From: an uncultured Verrucomicrobiae bacterium
Lineage (GTDB): Bacteria; Verrucomicrobiota; Verrucomicrobiia; Opitutales; JABDGR01
Direction: 5' to 3'
DNA: 64,000 nucleotides
Assembly: GCA_963765205.1 (NCBI GenBank)
Contig: CAVXVB010000008.1
Span: forward strand, 288,001 to 352,000
The notes below the pieces were generated by a model. That model saw nothing but the letters and a program-made list of their open reading frames with translations, had not been told where the DNA came from and did no database searches. Each line of letters opens with the position of its first letter. The first letter of the stretch is position 1. Positions 1 to 15,141 of the stretch are shown here, piece by piece. The position numbers and the translations under genes were made by a program.

Positions 1-629
1 ACACGACGCTGGACGACGGCCCGCTTGTCGAGCTTCATGTTGGGGATGCCATACATGAGCAGTCCGCCAATGCGGTCGGCGCGTTCGAAGACAGTGACGA
101 GGTGGCCGGCGGAATTCAATTGCGCGGCGCAGGCCAGCCCGGCCGGCCCGGAGCCGATGACGGCGACTTTTTTGCCGGTGCGGTGCGCGGGGGGCTGCGG
201 CACTATCCAACCCTCGTGCCAGCCTTTGTCGGCGATGGCGTTCTCGATGTTTTTAATGGTGACGGCCGGCTCGATGACGCCGAGCACGCAGGAGCCTTCG
301 CAGGGCGCGGGGCAGACGCGGCCGGTAAACTCGGGAAAGTTATTGGTGTGATGCAGGCGTTCGAGGGCCTCAAGCCACTGGTTCTTGAAGACCAAATCAT
401 TCCATTCGGGGATCAAGTTGTTGATCGGGCAGCCGGAGGCCATGCCGCTGATGAGCTGGCCGGTGTGGCAGAACGGGGTGCCGCAATCCATGCAGCGCGC
501 GCCCTGGGTCTGGAGTTCCTTATCCTCGCGGTGAGGATGGAATTCGAGCCAGTCCTGGATGCGTTCGGCCGGCGAGCGGGCGGGGCCGTCATCGCGCTGA
601 TAATCGAGAAATCCGGTTGTCTTACCCAT
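1..629 (-). CDS. gltD: Glutamate synthase small subunit, 5' part (runs off window start)
   Basis: Manual translation from ATG at 629: [10 protein letters not shown]...[12 protein letters not shown]...[12 protein letters not shown]...[20 protein letters not shown]...[14 protein letters not shown]; directly downstream of gltB. Confidence 0.95.
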   Translation of the reverse strand, partial: MGKTTGFLDYQRDDGPARSPAERIQDWLEFHPHREDKELQTQGARCMDCGTPFCHTGQLISGMASGCPINNLIPEWNDLVFKNQWLEALERLHHTNNFPEFTGRVCPAPCEGSCVLGVIEPAVTIKNIENAIADKGWHEGWIVPQPPAHRTGKKVAVIGSGPAGLACAAQLNSAGHLVTVFERADRIGGLLMYGIPNMKLDKRAVVQRR

Positions 630-650
630 GGGGTGTGGAGGAATTTTTTT

Positions 651-721
651 ACCGCGAAGACGCGAAGGGCGCAAAGTTAATATGAATAAGCAAGGCTTTG
701 CGCTCTTGGCGTCTTGGCGGT
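651..721. repeat. Palindromic element: 26-bp inverted arms with ~9-nt internal periodicity
   Basis: ACCGCGAAGACGCGAAGGGCGCAAAG (651-676) / CTTTGCGCTCTTGGCGTCTTGGCGGT (696-721); related copy at 60386-60459. Confidence 0.8.
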
Positions 722-728
722 GAAGGAT

Positions 729-5363
<4,635 letters not shown>

Positions 5364-5520
5364 GAAAAAGTGGATGGTAAACCCGAGCCGCGGCGGGCGA
5401 CGGCGGCTCTGAAAGAGCACCCCTCACCCGCGCGGCCCGCTAGATAAAGGCAGATTGTTTTTTCACGCAACGCTAAATCTAAGCATTTTTCGGGCCGAGT
5501 CGAAACGCGACTTGATGAGT

Positions 5521-5808
5521 TTATCGTCTGGCCTCCCAATCGGGTGCCTTTTGTTTGGCGTGCCGGACATAAAGTATTCTGATGGTTTCATAATTCACTT
5601 CTTAGGTGATGATATAGTTAAAGCGCGGCAAAAAGCCTTTTCGGATATTGCGGCCAATCAGCGGGGCGCTTTCTGGAAACTGCGCGATGCCTCGCGCCCA
5701 CGTTTCGAAGGAATCCAAAAACTCCGCTCCCAACCTGGCTTCGCGTTCCAAATACTGCGCTGTGGCAATCAGCTCTGCTCGGGCCAGGCGATGGAACGAA
5801 ACTTTCAT
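5521..5808 (-). pseudogene. RelE/ParE-family toxin with in-frame premature stop
   Basis: MKVSFHRLARAEL...LGAEFLD...RKGFLPRFNYIIT*EVNYETIRILYVRHAKQKAPDWEARR*; the frame continues past TAA (5602-5604) into a typical ParE C-terminus. Confidence 0.75.
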
Positions 5809-5999
5809 TTTCGCAAGGCTTGGCGTGCATCCCGCAGGACCGCTTCCAGCGGCACGCCCGGATCGTTCTCCAAGTCCATTTGGAGCGAGCGCAAGGCGGA
5901 GACGGCGGCCAGCTCAACGTCCAGCAACCGCGAGGAAATCATCGCCGGCGAAAGAGCACGCCGGCGGCGGTTTGGCTTCGTAGGTTTGGCCAAGAGCAT
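5805..5999 (-). CDS. Putative antitoxin (addiction-module component)
   Basis: 64-aa ORF overlapping the toxin start (ATGA); C-terminal GVPLEAVLRDAR motif; promoter-like TTGACC...TAAACT upstream. Confidence 0.55.
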   Translation of the reverse strand: MLLAKPTKPNRRRRALSPAMISSRLLDVELAAVSALRSLQMDLENDPGVPLEAVLRDARQALRK

Positions 6000-6155
6000 G
6001 ATTATAGTTTAAGACCCAACCGGGTGAGGTCAATCGCGGTTTTTGAGGGAGCCGTGGAACGAGCCGTCTGGGTCTGGCTTCAGCCGCCAATACATTTAAG
6101 ATTGAACGCAACAGGGAACGGTCCTGTTGATTTTTTATGAATTTCCCGGCAAATT

Positions 6156-8150
6156 TCAGGGGGTTCCGGAGGCGGTGTTTGGGCTGACGACTGAGGCGAC
6201 CTTCGAGAGCGTTTGCGTGAGGGCGTCGCGCTGGGGATCGGTGAGGTTCGCGGACTGGATGGCGTTGAGCGCGGCGGTCAAGTCCGCGCCCGCCCAACTA
6301 GTGAGCACGGTTTGAATCTGGCTGGCGCGCAGGTCGGGGTTGCTGAGGGTGTTGGCCCAAGTGAACGAACCAGACGGGTCTTTGACGGTTTGCGCGGCCA
6401 CCAATTGCTCGACGGATGCGTCGCGCTCGGCACCGGGGGGAAGGGTGTTAATCCAATTAGATAACGCTTGCGGGTCTTGTTTCGCCCAAGTGGTGGCGAC
6501 GGCGGTTGTGGCGCTCAATTGCGTGGCATCGGCGGGGAATTGACTGAGCATTGCGGCGGCCTGGGCGGGGTTTTGCTGGGCTTCGACGCCGACCAGATTG
6601 CCCATGACGGCTTCCGGATTGTCGGTGGCCGGCAAACTGGAGGCATCGTTCCACGCGGTGGTAAAATCAGTTTTGGCCACACCCACCAACACATTGCCGA
6701 GCGCCTGGCTCTTCGCGTCACTGTCGGGCAGGCTGTTCACCCAAGTTAGCGCGGCGGCGGGGTCGGAAGACGTCCAAGTCCCGGGCGGCGGGGTGTTAGC
6801 CGATGAGGGTCCCGATCCAGCCCAAGTCTGCGCGATGGCCGGCGCGAGCGAAAGATACAGCGACGGATCGGGAGAATTTTGGATATAAGCTGCGGCGGCC
6901 ACCGGATTGATGGTTGCCCAGGAACTGACCACGGAAACGAGCGTGCCATTGCGAGTGATGCTTCCGAAATCCGTCAAATTGGCGGCCCAGGCGAGGGCTG
7001 CCTGGGGGGCCTCCGCGCCCCATTTTGTAGCAAGGGCGGTGGTCTCCGACAGGCGAGTCAGCGGGTCGGCGATATTTCCCGCCAAGGTGGCAGCGAAGGC
7101 GGTATCTTCGTCGCCATTGGATAGACATTGAATGTAGGTATCAACTGTATCATTGTAGTCGGAACTCGGGGCCGTCTGCTTGAGCCAGTCCAGGGCCACC
7201 GCGGGATCCGCTGAGGGGCCTTTGAGATAATCGAAAAAAACCGTCCGAATGGCGGATGCGCGGGTGCTGCTGTCCAGAATTTTATCCACAACGGCGGTGT
7301 CAAGTTTTAGATCCGTGCCGCCAATTACTTCCAGCAAATCATCCCAAGGCGGGTTGTCGCTGGGTGGCAAACTCAGCATCCAATTGATGGCCGCCTGGGG
7401 GTTGTCGCCGGCCAAAGTCATGGCCACCGAGTCAATGGCATCCTCTCGGGCGCGGCCGGGAGGGAGCTGGGTGGCGGCGGCTTCCGCGTCAGCCGGGTGC
7501 AATTTTGCCAAAGCCCCCAATATGTCGCCATAATTTTGTGGATCAACATCCACGGAGGGAAGCTTGGCGAACTCGCTGATGGCCAGTTGCAAGTCGCCTC
7601 CATCCTTGGGGTCATTGTCTGCCAACTCGCTCAGGGACCGATTTATCAAATCCCGGCGCAATTCGCCATTTTCCACCTGCTTACTGAGTGACAGGGCCAG
7701 CGCAGGATTTTGAACATCACCCGGGGGCCCTAACAACGAGTTAATGAGCGCCTCCTGCAGCATGGTTTTTTTCCGGCTGTTGGGCAAATCGGAAATCATT
7801 TTGAACAGGGCGGTTTTATCGGCTGAGTTTATACGATATATAATGTTCTTGATTGCCTCTGCTTTATCGTCCTGCTTGAAATCTCCTGCCAGAATTTTAG
7901 TGATGCGATCCAGGGCTGCTTTAAGCGACAGCGGTGTGTTCCAATCCTCCGCCTGCCGCAGCGGGGCGGCTAGCGCGGCGGCGCCGGGAGCCGTCCAAGT
8001 CTTGGAGATTAAACGCTGCCAGGCGGCGGGGAAGACGCCCTCCCATTTCGCCAACGGCCCCGGCCAGCGGCCCAGCACATAGGCCACCGCCAGCGCGCCA
8101 GCCAAAAAGCCGAGGCGAACAGAAAAAAGGCGGGCTGGTATTTTCATCAT
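6156..8150 (-). CDS. Membrane-anchored/secreted alpha-helical repeat protein (DPxAAxxWxxxLP repeats)
   Basis: N-terminal hydrophobic segment; many repeats such as DNPQAAINWMLSLP, DPAAALTWVNSLP, QDPQALSNWINTLP. Confidence 0.8.
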   Translation of the reverse strand: MMKIPARLFSVRLGFLAGALAVAYVLGRWPGPLAKWEGVFPAAWQRLISKTWTAPGAAALAAPLRQAEDWNTPLSLKAALDRITKILAGDFKQDDKAEAIKNIIYRINSADKTALFKMISDLPNSRKKTMLQEALINSLLGPPGDVQNPALALSLSKQVENGELRRDLINRSLSELADNDPKDGGDLQLAISEFAKLPSVDVDPQNYGDILGALAKLHPADAEAAATQLPPGRAREDAIDSVAMTLAGDNPQAAINWMLSLPPSDNPPWDDLLEVIGGTDLKLDTAVVDKILDSSTRASAIRTVFFDYLKGPSADPAVALDWLKQTAPSSDYNDTVDTYIQCLSNGDEDTAFAATLAGNIADPLTRLSETTALATKWGAEAPQAALAWAANLTDFGSITRNGTLVSVVSSWATINPVAAAAYIQNSPDPSLYLSLAPAIAQTWAGSGPSSANTPPPGTWTSSDPAAALTWVNSLPDSDAKSQALGNVLVGVAKTDFTTAWNDASSLPATDNPEAVMGNLVGVEAQQNPAQAAAMLSQFPADATQLSATTAVATTWAKQDPQALSNWINTLPPGAERDASVEQLVAAQTVKDPSGSFTWANTLSNPDLRASQIQTVLTSWAGADLTAALNAIQSANLTDPQRDALTQTLSKVASVVSPNTASGTP

Positions 8151-8152
8151 GG

Positions 8153-10457
8153 TTAGAGGCCGAAAGGGCCAACTGGAATCGGTGGCTTACCTGACGCCGC
8201 TCTGGCCGCATCAACTTTTTTGAAAACAGCGGCCTTGTCGGAGTCCGACAATTGATCAAATTCGCGAGCCTCAACCGAATAAAAACTGCCCACATCGAGT
8301 CCAAAATCCTCTCCGTTGGGGTCAGTGCTGATATAGGTGACAAATGCCGCTTGCAACTGGTCGGAACGGACTTGCGGATTGCTGATGGTGCTGGCCCAAG
8401 TCAAGGCGCTATCGGGGTTTGTTTGCATTTGAATGGGCAGCAATTGGGTAATGGCGGCGTCGCGTGCGTTGCCCGGCGGAAGCTGGTTGATTTCGGATGC
8501 CAACTGCACGGCTTGCACTTGGGCCGCCTGGGCTTGCGGATCGGCGATGCTGTTGGCCAAGGCCAGCGCGGCGGCGGGGTCGGCGGACATTTGTGCCGAG
8601 ACCAATTGGGCAGTCGCCGCATCGCGCTGCACACCTGGCGGCAGGCCATTGACCCATGTAGTGGCGGCTTGGGGATCATTCTGCGCCCAAGTCTGGACGA
8701 GCTTGGCTGTCGCTTCAGTTTGCGCGTTGGCATCGGTCAATTGCCCAATCAAGCCAGCGGCCTTGGCCGGGTCGTTATCGGTTTCATCGGAGATGAGGCC
8801 ACTCATGGCGGCGTCACGACTGCTGTCAGCCGGCAGGTTGAGGGCATCCTGCCAGGCGGTGGAAAAATCTGACTGGGCGATTGTGTTCAAAACTGTGCCG
8901 AGCGCCTTGTTCTTTTCCGCGCTGGCGGGCAGGCTTTGCGCGAAAGCCAGGGCGGCGGCGGGTTTCTCCTGCGCCAAATTGGTCGCGATACCTTCTGCCG
9001 CTTGGGAAAAAAGTGACGGGTCGGGAGAGTTTTGCACAAAGGCGGCGGCCGACTCCGGGTCCCACTCGATCCAGTTGCCAAAAATCGAATTCAACGCAAT
9101 TTTGAGTGCCGATGCGTCATTGGCAGGCAGTGCTTCCGCCCAAGTCAACGCGGCTTGGGGGTTGTCCTCGGCCCAACCCGAAATGATCCCATTCAGTGCG
9201 GCGGTGCGGGCCGCGGCGTCCGTGGCGGGCAGTGCTTGCGCCCAAGCCAGCGCGGCTTGGGGATCATCCTGCGCCAATTGGCCGACCACAGGAGCAATAA
9301 CGGAAGCACGCACGTCTGGCGCAGTTATTTTGTCCAACAAGCCGGCGACCATTGCTGGATCATCGTCATATTCGCTAAGGCTGGAAAAGACGGCTTGCAC
9401 CGCTTTGTCGTAAGTGTCGCCAGTGGCAACCTGATTGAGCCAATCGAGCGCGGTGCTGGCGCGGTCGAGGCTGGTGGTTTGGTCGCCAACATATTGATCA
9501 GTGGGGTCTTGATCAGGTCCATAAAAACTTCCGAAAGAAATCGTTTGCAGTTTATCGCCGCCGCCCGAGGCAACGACCATTTTACCCGCTATCTGCTCAA
9601 TGACCTCGTTGCGGGCCGCAGCGTCGCCAAGCTTGTCCAGATATTGCGCGGCCAATTGGGGTTGCGGGATGTCAAACAAACCTCCCGCGCCGACGTTCCA
9701 GCAAAGCCTGTTTGAGCACACCTGAATCCGTCGGCGGCAGGCCACCGGCCCAATCCAACATCGCATGAACGTCATGATAGGCCCAACCCTTTGCCACCCC
9801 GTCCAGGGCAGCAGTGCGATCCGGGCCGGCCGGCAGATTAAACGCTTCATCTGCCAAGGCCGGCGCGCTTTTGGCGTCGTCGGCGAGCGCCCGATAAAAG
9901 CTTTCGTAGTCGGCTTGTGACTGCGGTCCCGGCGGCAGTTTGGCTAATTCCTGCCGGGCCAAATCGGGGTCCTTCTTCGCGAGCGACGAAAAAATCTGTT
10001 CGGTAATTTGGTCGCGTGTCCTGGCATCGGCAATAAGCCCAACGAGGGAAAGCGCCGAGGCGGGGTCGTTGGCGACAAGGCCGCCACGAAAGAAGTCGAG
10101 GATAAGTTCGTCCCGTTGAGAACTGGGTGATAATTTTGCCAGTTGTTCCACCAGGAATGGCATGTCGGCATCATCAACAAACCTGTTTATGAGATCGTTC
10201 CAGATCGCGCTTGCCTCGTCACCTTTTTGCAAGCCATTCAGTGTTTTTTGCCATGCCTGATCGCGGGTCAGCTTGGGGGGTGGTTTGTCGGCCGCCTGCT
10301 CGGCCCGCGCTTCGTCGGCAAGTTTTTTGGCCGCGGCGTCCCCTGCCGCCGCCTCGTGCTGGGCAATCCGCTGCGACAGGCCGACGAGGTAAGCCGCAAC
10401 CAGCGCGCCGACGACAAAGCCGGCGCGCAGGACCACGCGGGGCAGGCGTGTCTTCAT
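8153..10457 (-). CDS. Paralogous alpha-helical repeat protein, split by a 1-bp frameshift near 9698
   Basis: ORFs 9672-10499 and 8153-9850 join (…VLKQALL/NVGAGGLFDIPQPQ…) if one G is removed; same repeats as the neighbour; start MKTRLP at 10457. Confidence 0.75.
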
Positions 10458-10526
10458 GGGGAAGTATCCTCCCTCGTTCCTAACGCCCGCGCAAGCCATT
10501 TGGCGGGGCAGGCGTGGCGCCTTTTC

Positions 10527-10599
10527 GTAGCGCTGAGCTTTAGCCAGCGCATTGGATTGTGAGCATCTCGAAGAAGCGCTGGCTGAGGCTCAGCGCTAC
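10527..10599. repeat. GTAG-type REP doublet (REPIN-like), 73 bp
   Basis: GTAGCGCTGAGCTTTAGCCAGCGC...GCGCTGGCTGAGGCTCAGCGCTAC inverted arms. Confidence 0.8.
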
Positions 10600-10684
10600 A
10601 AAGCACAACAGCACCGAAAATACATCACATTCTGCCACCAACGAAGCTTGAATCTCCTCCGCAAGCAGACAAAATAAACCCCTC

Positions 10685-12473
10685 ATGGACAAAGCGCAAA
10701 TCGTGGGGGTGCTGGAGGAGATCGCGACGCTGCTCGAGCTGACCGGGGAGAACCCGTTCAAGGTGCGGGCGTATCAGAATGGCGCGCGGGCGTTGGGTGC
10801 GCTCGAGGATGACTTGGGCGCGCGCATCGCGGCGGGCACGCTGGGCGAGGTCCCGGGGTTGGGCGAGGCGCTGGTGGAAAAAATCACCGCGCTCTACCAG
10901 ACCGGGCAGTTGCCTTATTACGACAAATTGAAGGCGAGCGTGCAGCCGGGCCTCATCGAAATGCTCGAGGTGCCGGGGTTGGGGCCGAAGAAAATCATGG
11001 CGCTGCACAAGCAACTCGGCGTGGATTCGCTGGCAAAACTGGCGGCGGCGTGCGCGGCGGGGAAGGTGGCGGCGCTGCCGGGCTTTGGCCAAAAGACGCA
11101 GGATAATATATTGCTGGGCATCCAGCACCGGGAGGCCTACAGCCGCCGGCATTTATGGTGGGACGCGTGGCTCGCGATGGAGCCGATTTTGCAGGGTCTG
11201 GCGAAGGTTAAGGGCGTTGAGCGCGTGTCGCACGCGGGGAGTTTGCGCCGCGCGCTGGAGACGGTGGGCGATTTGGACATTCTGGTGGCGGCGGAACATC
11301 CGGCGGCGGCGATGGCATGGTTCACGACGCAGCCGGGGGTCGCGGAGGTGACGGGCCAGGGCGAGACAAAGGCGAGCGTGCGGCTCAAGGACGGAATGCA
11401 GGCGGATTTGCGCGTGGTGCCGCTGAAGCAATATTATTTCGCGCTGCACCACTTCACCGGGTCGAAGGATCACAATGTGAAAATGCGGTCGCGCGCGCTG
11501 GCGCGGGGCCTGAGCCTGAGCGAATGGGGCCTGACCAAGAAGGACGACCCGACGGCGGGCGGGCCGGGTGCCGTCAGCGTGCTGACGCCGCACAGCGAGG
11601 ATGATATTTTTAAACAACTCGGCCTGCATCCGATCCCGCCGGAATTGCGCGAGGGGCTGGATGAAATCGAGCGCGCGGAAAAGGGACCGCTGCCGCGGTT
11701 GCTGGAGGAGGGCGATTTGCGCGGGGCCTTCCACAACCACACGGTGGCGTCCGACGGCCACGCCACGCTCGAGGAAATGGCGGCGGGGGCGGACGCGCTG
11801 GGTTGGGAATACCTGGGGCATCGCGGACCATTCGAAGTCGTCCTTCCAGGCGCATGGCTTGAGCGAGGAGCAACTGCTGGCGCAGGCGGAAAAAATCCAC
11901 GCGCTGAACTCGGCAAAGAAATTTCACGTCCACGTTTTCGCCGGCACGGAATGCGACATTCTCAAGGACGGCGAGCTGGACTACGATGACGGCGTGCTGG
12001 CGAAGCTGGATTACGTGGTGGCGTCAGTCCACAACCGTTACGGGCAGGGCGAGGACGAGGCGGCGATGACGAAGCGCCTCGTGCGCGCGCTCGAGCACCC
12101 GCGCGTGACGATGCTGGGCCACCTGACCGGGCGGCTGTTGCTGCGGCGCGAGGGCTACGCGGTGAACATCGGCAAGGTCATTGACGCCGCGGCCGCCAAC
12201 GGGAAGATGATTGAACTGAACGCGCAGCCGCAGCGGTTGGACATGGATTGGCGGCATTGGCGGCGCGCCGCGGAGCAGGGCGTGATGTGCGTCATCAACC
12301 CCGACGCGCACAGCGTGGCGGACCTGGGCTATGTGCGGCTGGGCGTGCTGATCGCGCGGAAAGGCTGGCTGGCGAAGGAGCAGGTGTTTAATACGCGCCC
12401 GCTGGCCGAGGTTGGCAAAACGCTCAAAGTCAAAACGCCGAAACACAGCGCGTCCACCCGACGAGGCACTTAA
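10685..12473 (+). CDS. polX: DNA polymerase X / PHP 3'-5' exonuclease, frameshifted at ~11815
   Basis: [33 protein letters not shown] motifs HNHT, IADHS, GTECDI, NPDAH; extra G in CTGGGGCATC joins the two ORFs. Confidence 0.93.
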
Positions 12474-12940
12474 AGGGCCTTCGCGCCAAATTTGTTGGGG
12501 CCTTCAACGCCTTTGGCCAGCCCGAGCCAGAGCATGAGGACGAGAGCAAGCGCGCCGCCGGCCACCGCCGCGCGAGCAGGATGGCTTTTCACGAACACGA
12601 GGGCCACAGCGGGCAGCATATTCAACACGATCATGGCGGCGGGCAGGCCGAGGTCGTGCCAGCGTTTGGCACAGACAGACAGCCAGATCCAGAGCGGCAG
12701 GCAGGCGAGCACCCCGCCCACCAGCCATAATTGACTCGGGATGACAACGGCGCTGGAGGCAGCTGGCTCAGAGCTGGTCGCCGGAGGGGCCGTGACAATC
12801 CACAGCCCGAGCAGGATAACACTGAAGAGCACACAGAGCAGCGCGCAGGCAGCCCAGCCGTCCCAAAACGTCGCGCGGCGGATGCGGCCGCGGAAGGAGA
12901 ACAGCACACTGCGGTCTTCAATAATGACTTCAGAAGCCAT
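12470..12940 (-). CDS. DUF805-family membrane protein
   Basis: [13 protein letters not shown]...KRWHDLG...GPNKFG. Confidence 0.88.
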   Translation of the reverse strand: MASEVIIEDRSVLFSFRGRIRRATFWDGWAACALLCVLFSVILLGLWIVTAPPATSSEPAASSAVVIPSQLWLVGGVLACLPLWIWLSVCAKRWHDLGLPAAMIVLNMLPAVALVFVKSHPARAAVAGGALALVLMLWLGLAKGVEGPNKFGAKAL

Positions 12941-12973
12941 GGGCGGAAGGGGATCGCGGCAGGCCCGGCTGGA

Positions 12974-13534
12974 TTAAGCGGCCGGCTTGCCGTATTCGTT
13001 CGCGCCGGGGTGGCCCTTGCCAAAGCCCAGGTAGAAAAAGGAGCCGATGGTGGCGCAGGCGGCGGTCAGCACCGTGGCACTCAGGAAATTAGCCCGGTAG
13101 TCGTGGTAGGCGGACGTAAAGATGGCGAAGGTGTTGGCGTGCGGGTCGGTGATCAGGTGGCGGATCGCATCGCGATCCACGGAGTCCAAGTAGGTCAACA
13201 CCGCCAGGCCGAGGCAGACCACGGGGACGATATTGACGATGGCGAGCCAGCCGGGATAGCTGAGGTCGTGCCAGCGTTTCGAGCAAATGGCGAAGAGCGT
13301 CCAATTCGCGAAGATCCAGTGCAGAAACAGCATCGCGGAGGCGAGGAAATGATAAACAACGTGCTCGGTGTCGCTGACGTTGCGGGCCAAATAATCATCA
13401 ATGGGACAGGAGATGATGGCGACCTCGATCATGAGCAGGGCGATGTTGAGCAACAGCCAAGCCACGATGCCTTCCCAAAAGGTCAAGCGCTTGAAGCGCC
13501 CGCTGGGGGAAAAAAAGTTAAGCAGAAGAGTCAT
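12974..13534 (-). CDS. DUF805-family membrane protein (tandem paralogue)
   Basis: FSPSGRFKRLTFW...KRWHDLS...GANEYG. Confidence 0.85.
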   Translation of the reverse strand: MTLLLNFFSPSGRFKRLTFWEGIVAWLLLNIALLMIEVAIISCPIDDYLARNVSDTEHVVYHFLASAMLFLHWIFANWTLFAICSKRWHDLSYPGWLAIVNIVPVVCLGLAVLTYLDSVDRDAIRHLITDPHANTFAIFTSAYHDYRANFLSATVLTAACATIGSFFYLGFGKGHPGANEYGKPAA

Positions 13535-13675
13535 GTGGGCCAACGGGGGAAACAATACCGGCCCGGCGGCGATGGAACCGGCGGGAACGGGAAGGCGGCC
13601 AGCATGGAGTTTTTTTTGGTGGCGGTCAAGAAATCTAAGTTGCCAGCCGGGGTGAATTGCGCGATACTCGGGGGC

Positions 13676-14233
13676 ATGGGACAATCGCCCTTAAAAACCT
13701 GCGCGCAGTGCGGCGCGGCCGCCAAAGTCTTTGTCAGCGTGGTTCACGGTGGCAAGGTGACGGCGGCGGCTTGGTGCGAGGAGCATGCGGCCGTGGCAGG
13801 CGTGCTGGACGGGCAGGGCTATGCGTTGCTCGAGGCGGCGGAAATACCGGGAACGCGCCGCGGGGAGAATTCCCTCCGTTGCCCGGTGTGCGATTGCAGC
13901 CAGCGGGATTTTGAGCGGCAGGGGCGCTTCGGCTGCCCGGCATGCTACACGGCCTTTGCGGGCTTGCTGCCACCGCTGTTGGGCAAAATGCACCGCGACA
14001 TCGAGCACCGCGGCAAAATTCCCCTGCGCGGCGCCGGGCCGGCCGCCGTGCGCCACCGCCTGGCCATGCTCCAGGAGGAATTGAAGCAGGCCGTCCGCAC
14101 CCAGGAATTTGAAGGGGCGGCACAGACACGGGACGCCATCGCCCTGCTCCAGACCAAGCTGCCGGCCGCGGCCGAAGCGCCCTCGCCCACCCTCTCGCCG
14201 AACTCCTTGCCGCTGAAGACGAAGGGTGCGTGA
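13676..14233 (+). CDS. McsA-like protein (CxxC motifs + UvrB/UvrC motif)
   Basis: CAQC, CEEH, CPVC, GRFGCPACY, HRGKIP, FEGAAQTRDAI. Confidence 0.85.
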   Translation: MGQSPLKTCAQCGAAAKVFVSVVHGGKVTAAAWCEEHAAVAGVLDGQGYALLEAAEIPGTRRGENSLRCPVCDCSQRDFERQGRFGCPACYTAFAGLLPPLLGKMHRDIEHRGKIPLRGAGPAAVRHRLAMLQEELKQAVRTQEFEGAAQTRDAIALLQTKLPAAAEAPSPTLSPNSLPLKTKGA

Positions 14234-14283
14234 GCCGGCCGGATTCGGTCCAGTCTTGACCGAAAAAACCCGCGAGCAAACCC

Positions 14284-14604
14284 ATGAATCTTGATAACGT
14301 CGTCCAACTGCTGCTGCAACTGCTCCACTGGCTGGCCATCTCCGCGGGAATCGGCGTTCCGCTGATTTTTTGCGCCTATGTGGTGATTACCCCGACAGAC
14401 CGCCTCGTGTTCGCTTGGCAGAATTACCGGATGCGCCGCCAACCCCACCGGGCACTGAAGGACCGGCACTTCAAGGGCTTACCGAGGAAAATCCGCTGGT
14501 GCAAATTCATCTGCGTGTTTGGCTTTCTTTTCTTCCTCGTGCTGGCCCTGGAACAGTTCCATGTGGACGTGATCAGTCTGGTCGAACGGGCCGCCAGCAA
14601 GTGA
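14284..14604 (+). CDS. Hypothetical two-TM membrane protein
   Basis: 106-aa ORF with two hydrophobic segments and coding-like codon use. Confidence 0.6.
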   Translation: MNLDNVVQLLLQLLHWLAISAGIGVPLIFCAYVVITPTDRLVFAWQNYRMRRQPHRALKDRHFKGLPRKIRWCKFICVFGFLFFLVLALEQFHVDVISLVERAASK

Positions 14605-14662
14605 GGTGGCGGTCGCACGACCGGAGATTGCCATGGGCGCGAAAGCGGCCCATGCTGCGGGC

Positions 14663-15100
14663 ATGACTGGCTGGGCCGCAAAGATACGCAAGGATATCAC
14701 CGCGCGCTGGCGGTGGTTTTGGGGGCAGCGCGGACTGCCGGATACACTGGCCAGTGAACGCGGGCGCCTCGGCGAGGAGGCCGCCGCGCGGTTTGTGCGC
14801 CAGCGGGGCTGGAAAATCGTCGCCCGCAACTGGCGGCATGGGCGCGACGAGCTGGACTTGGTGGCGTGGGACGGGGCGGTGCTGGTTTTTGCCGAGGTGC
14901 GGGCGCGAGAGGCGCGCGCAACCGTCTCCGGTTACCATTCGGTGACGAGGAGGAAAAAAAATGCGCTGGCGCGGGCCATCCGGGCCTACCGGCGGGGGAT
15001 GGCGCAGCCGCCGGCGCATTTTCGCTTCGACATTGTCGAAGTGAAAGTCTCTGATGGGGTGGCCGGCGAGGTGCTGCTGCATGCCAACATTCCGCTGTAG
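14663..15100 (+). CDS. YraN/UPF0102 family putative endonuclease
   Basis: GRLGEEAAARF...ARNWR...ELDLVA...FAEVR...RFDIVEV; TTGCCA-17-CATGCT-6-ATG upstream. Confidence 0.9.
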   Translation: MTGWAAKIRKDITARWRWFWGQRGLPDTLASERGRLGEEAAARFVRQRGWKIVARNWRHGRDELDLVAWDGAVLVFAEVRAREARATVSGYHSVTRRKKNALARAIRAYRRGMAQPPAHFRFDIVEVKVSDGVAGEVLLHANIPL

Positions 15101-15141
15101 CCGGGATACTTCCGTCCACCCATAATTTCTATTTTTCATTT

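Noticed and set aside
12731..13675. 500-aa ORF 12731-14233 as a single protein
   Set aside because: The first 315 codons are antisense to the DUF805 genes; only the part from 13676 has McsA motifs.
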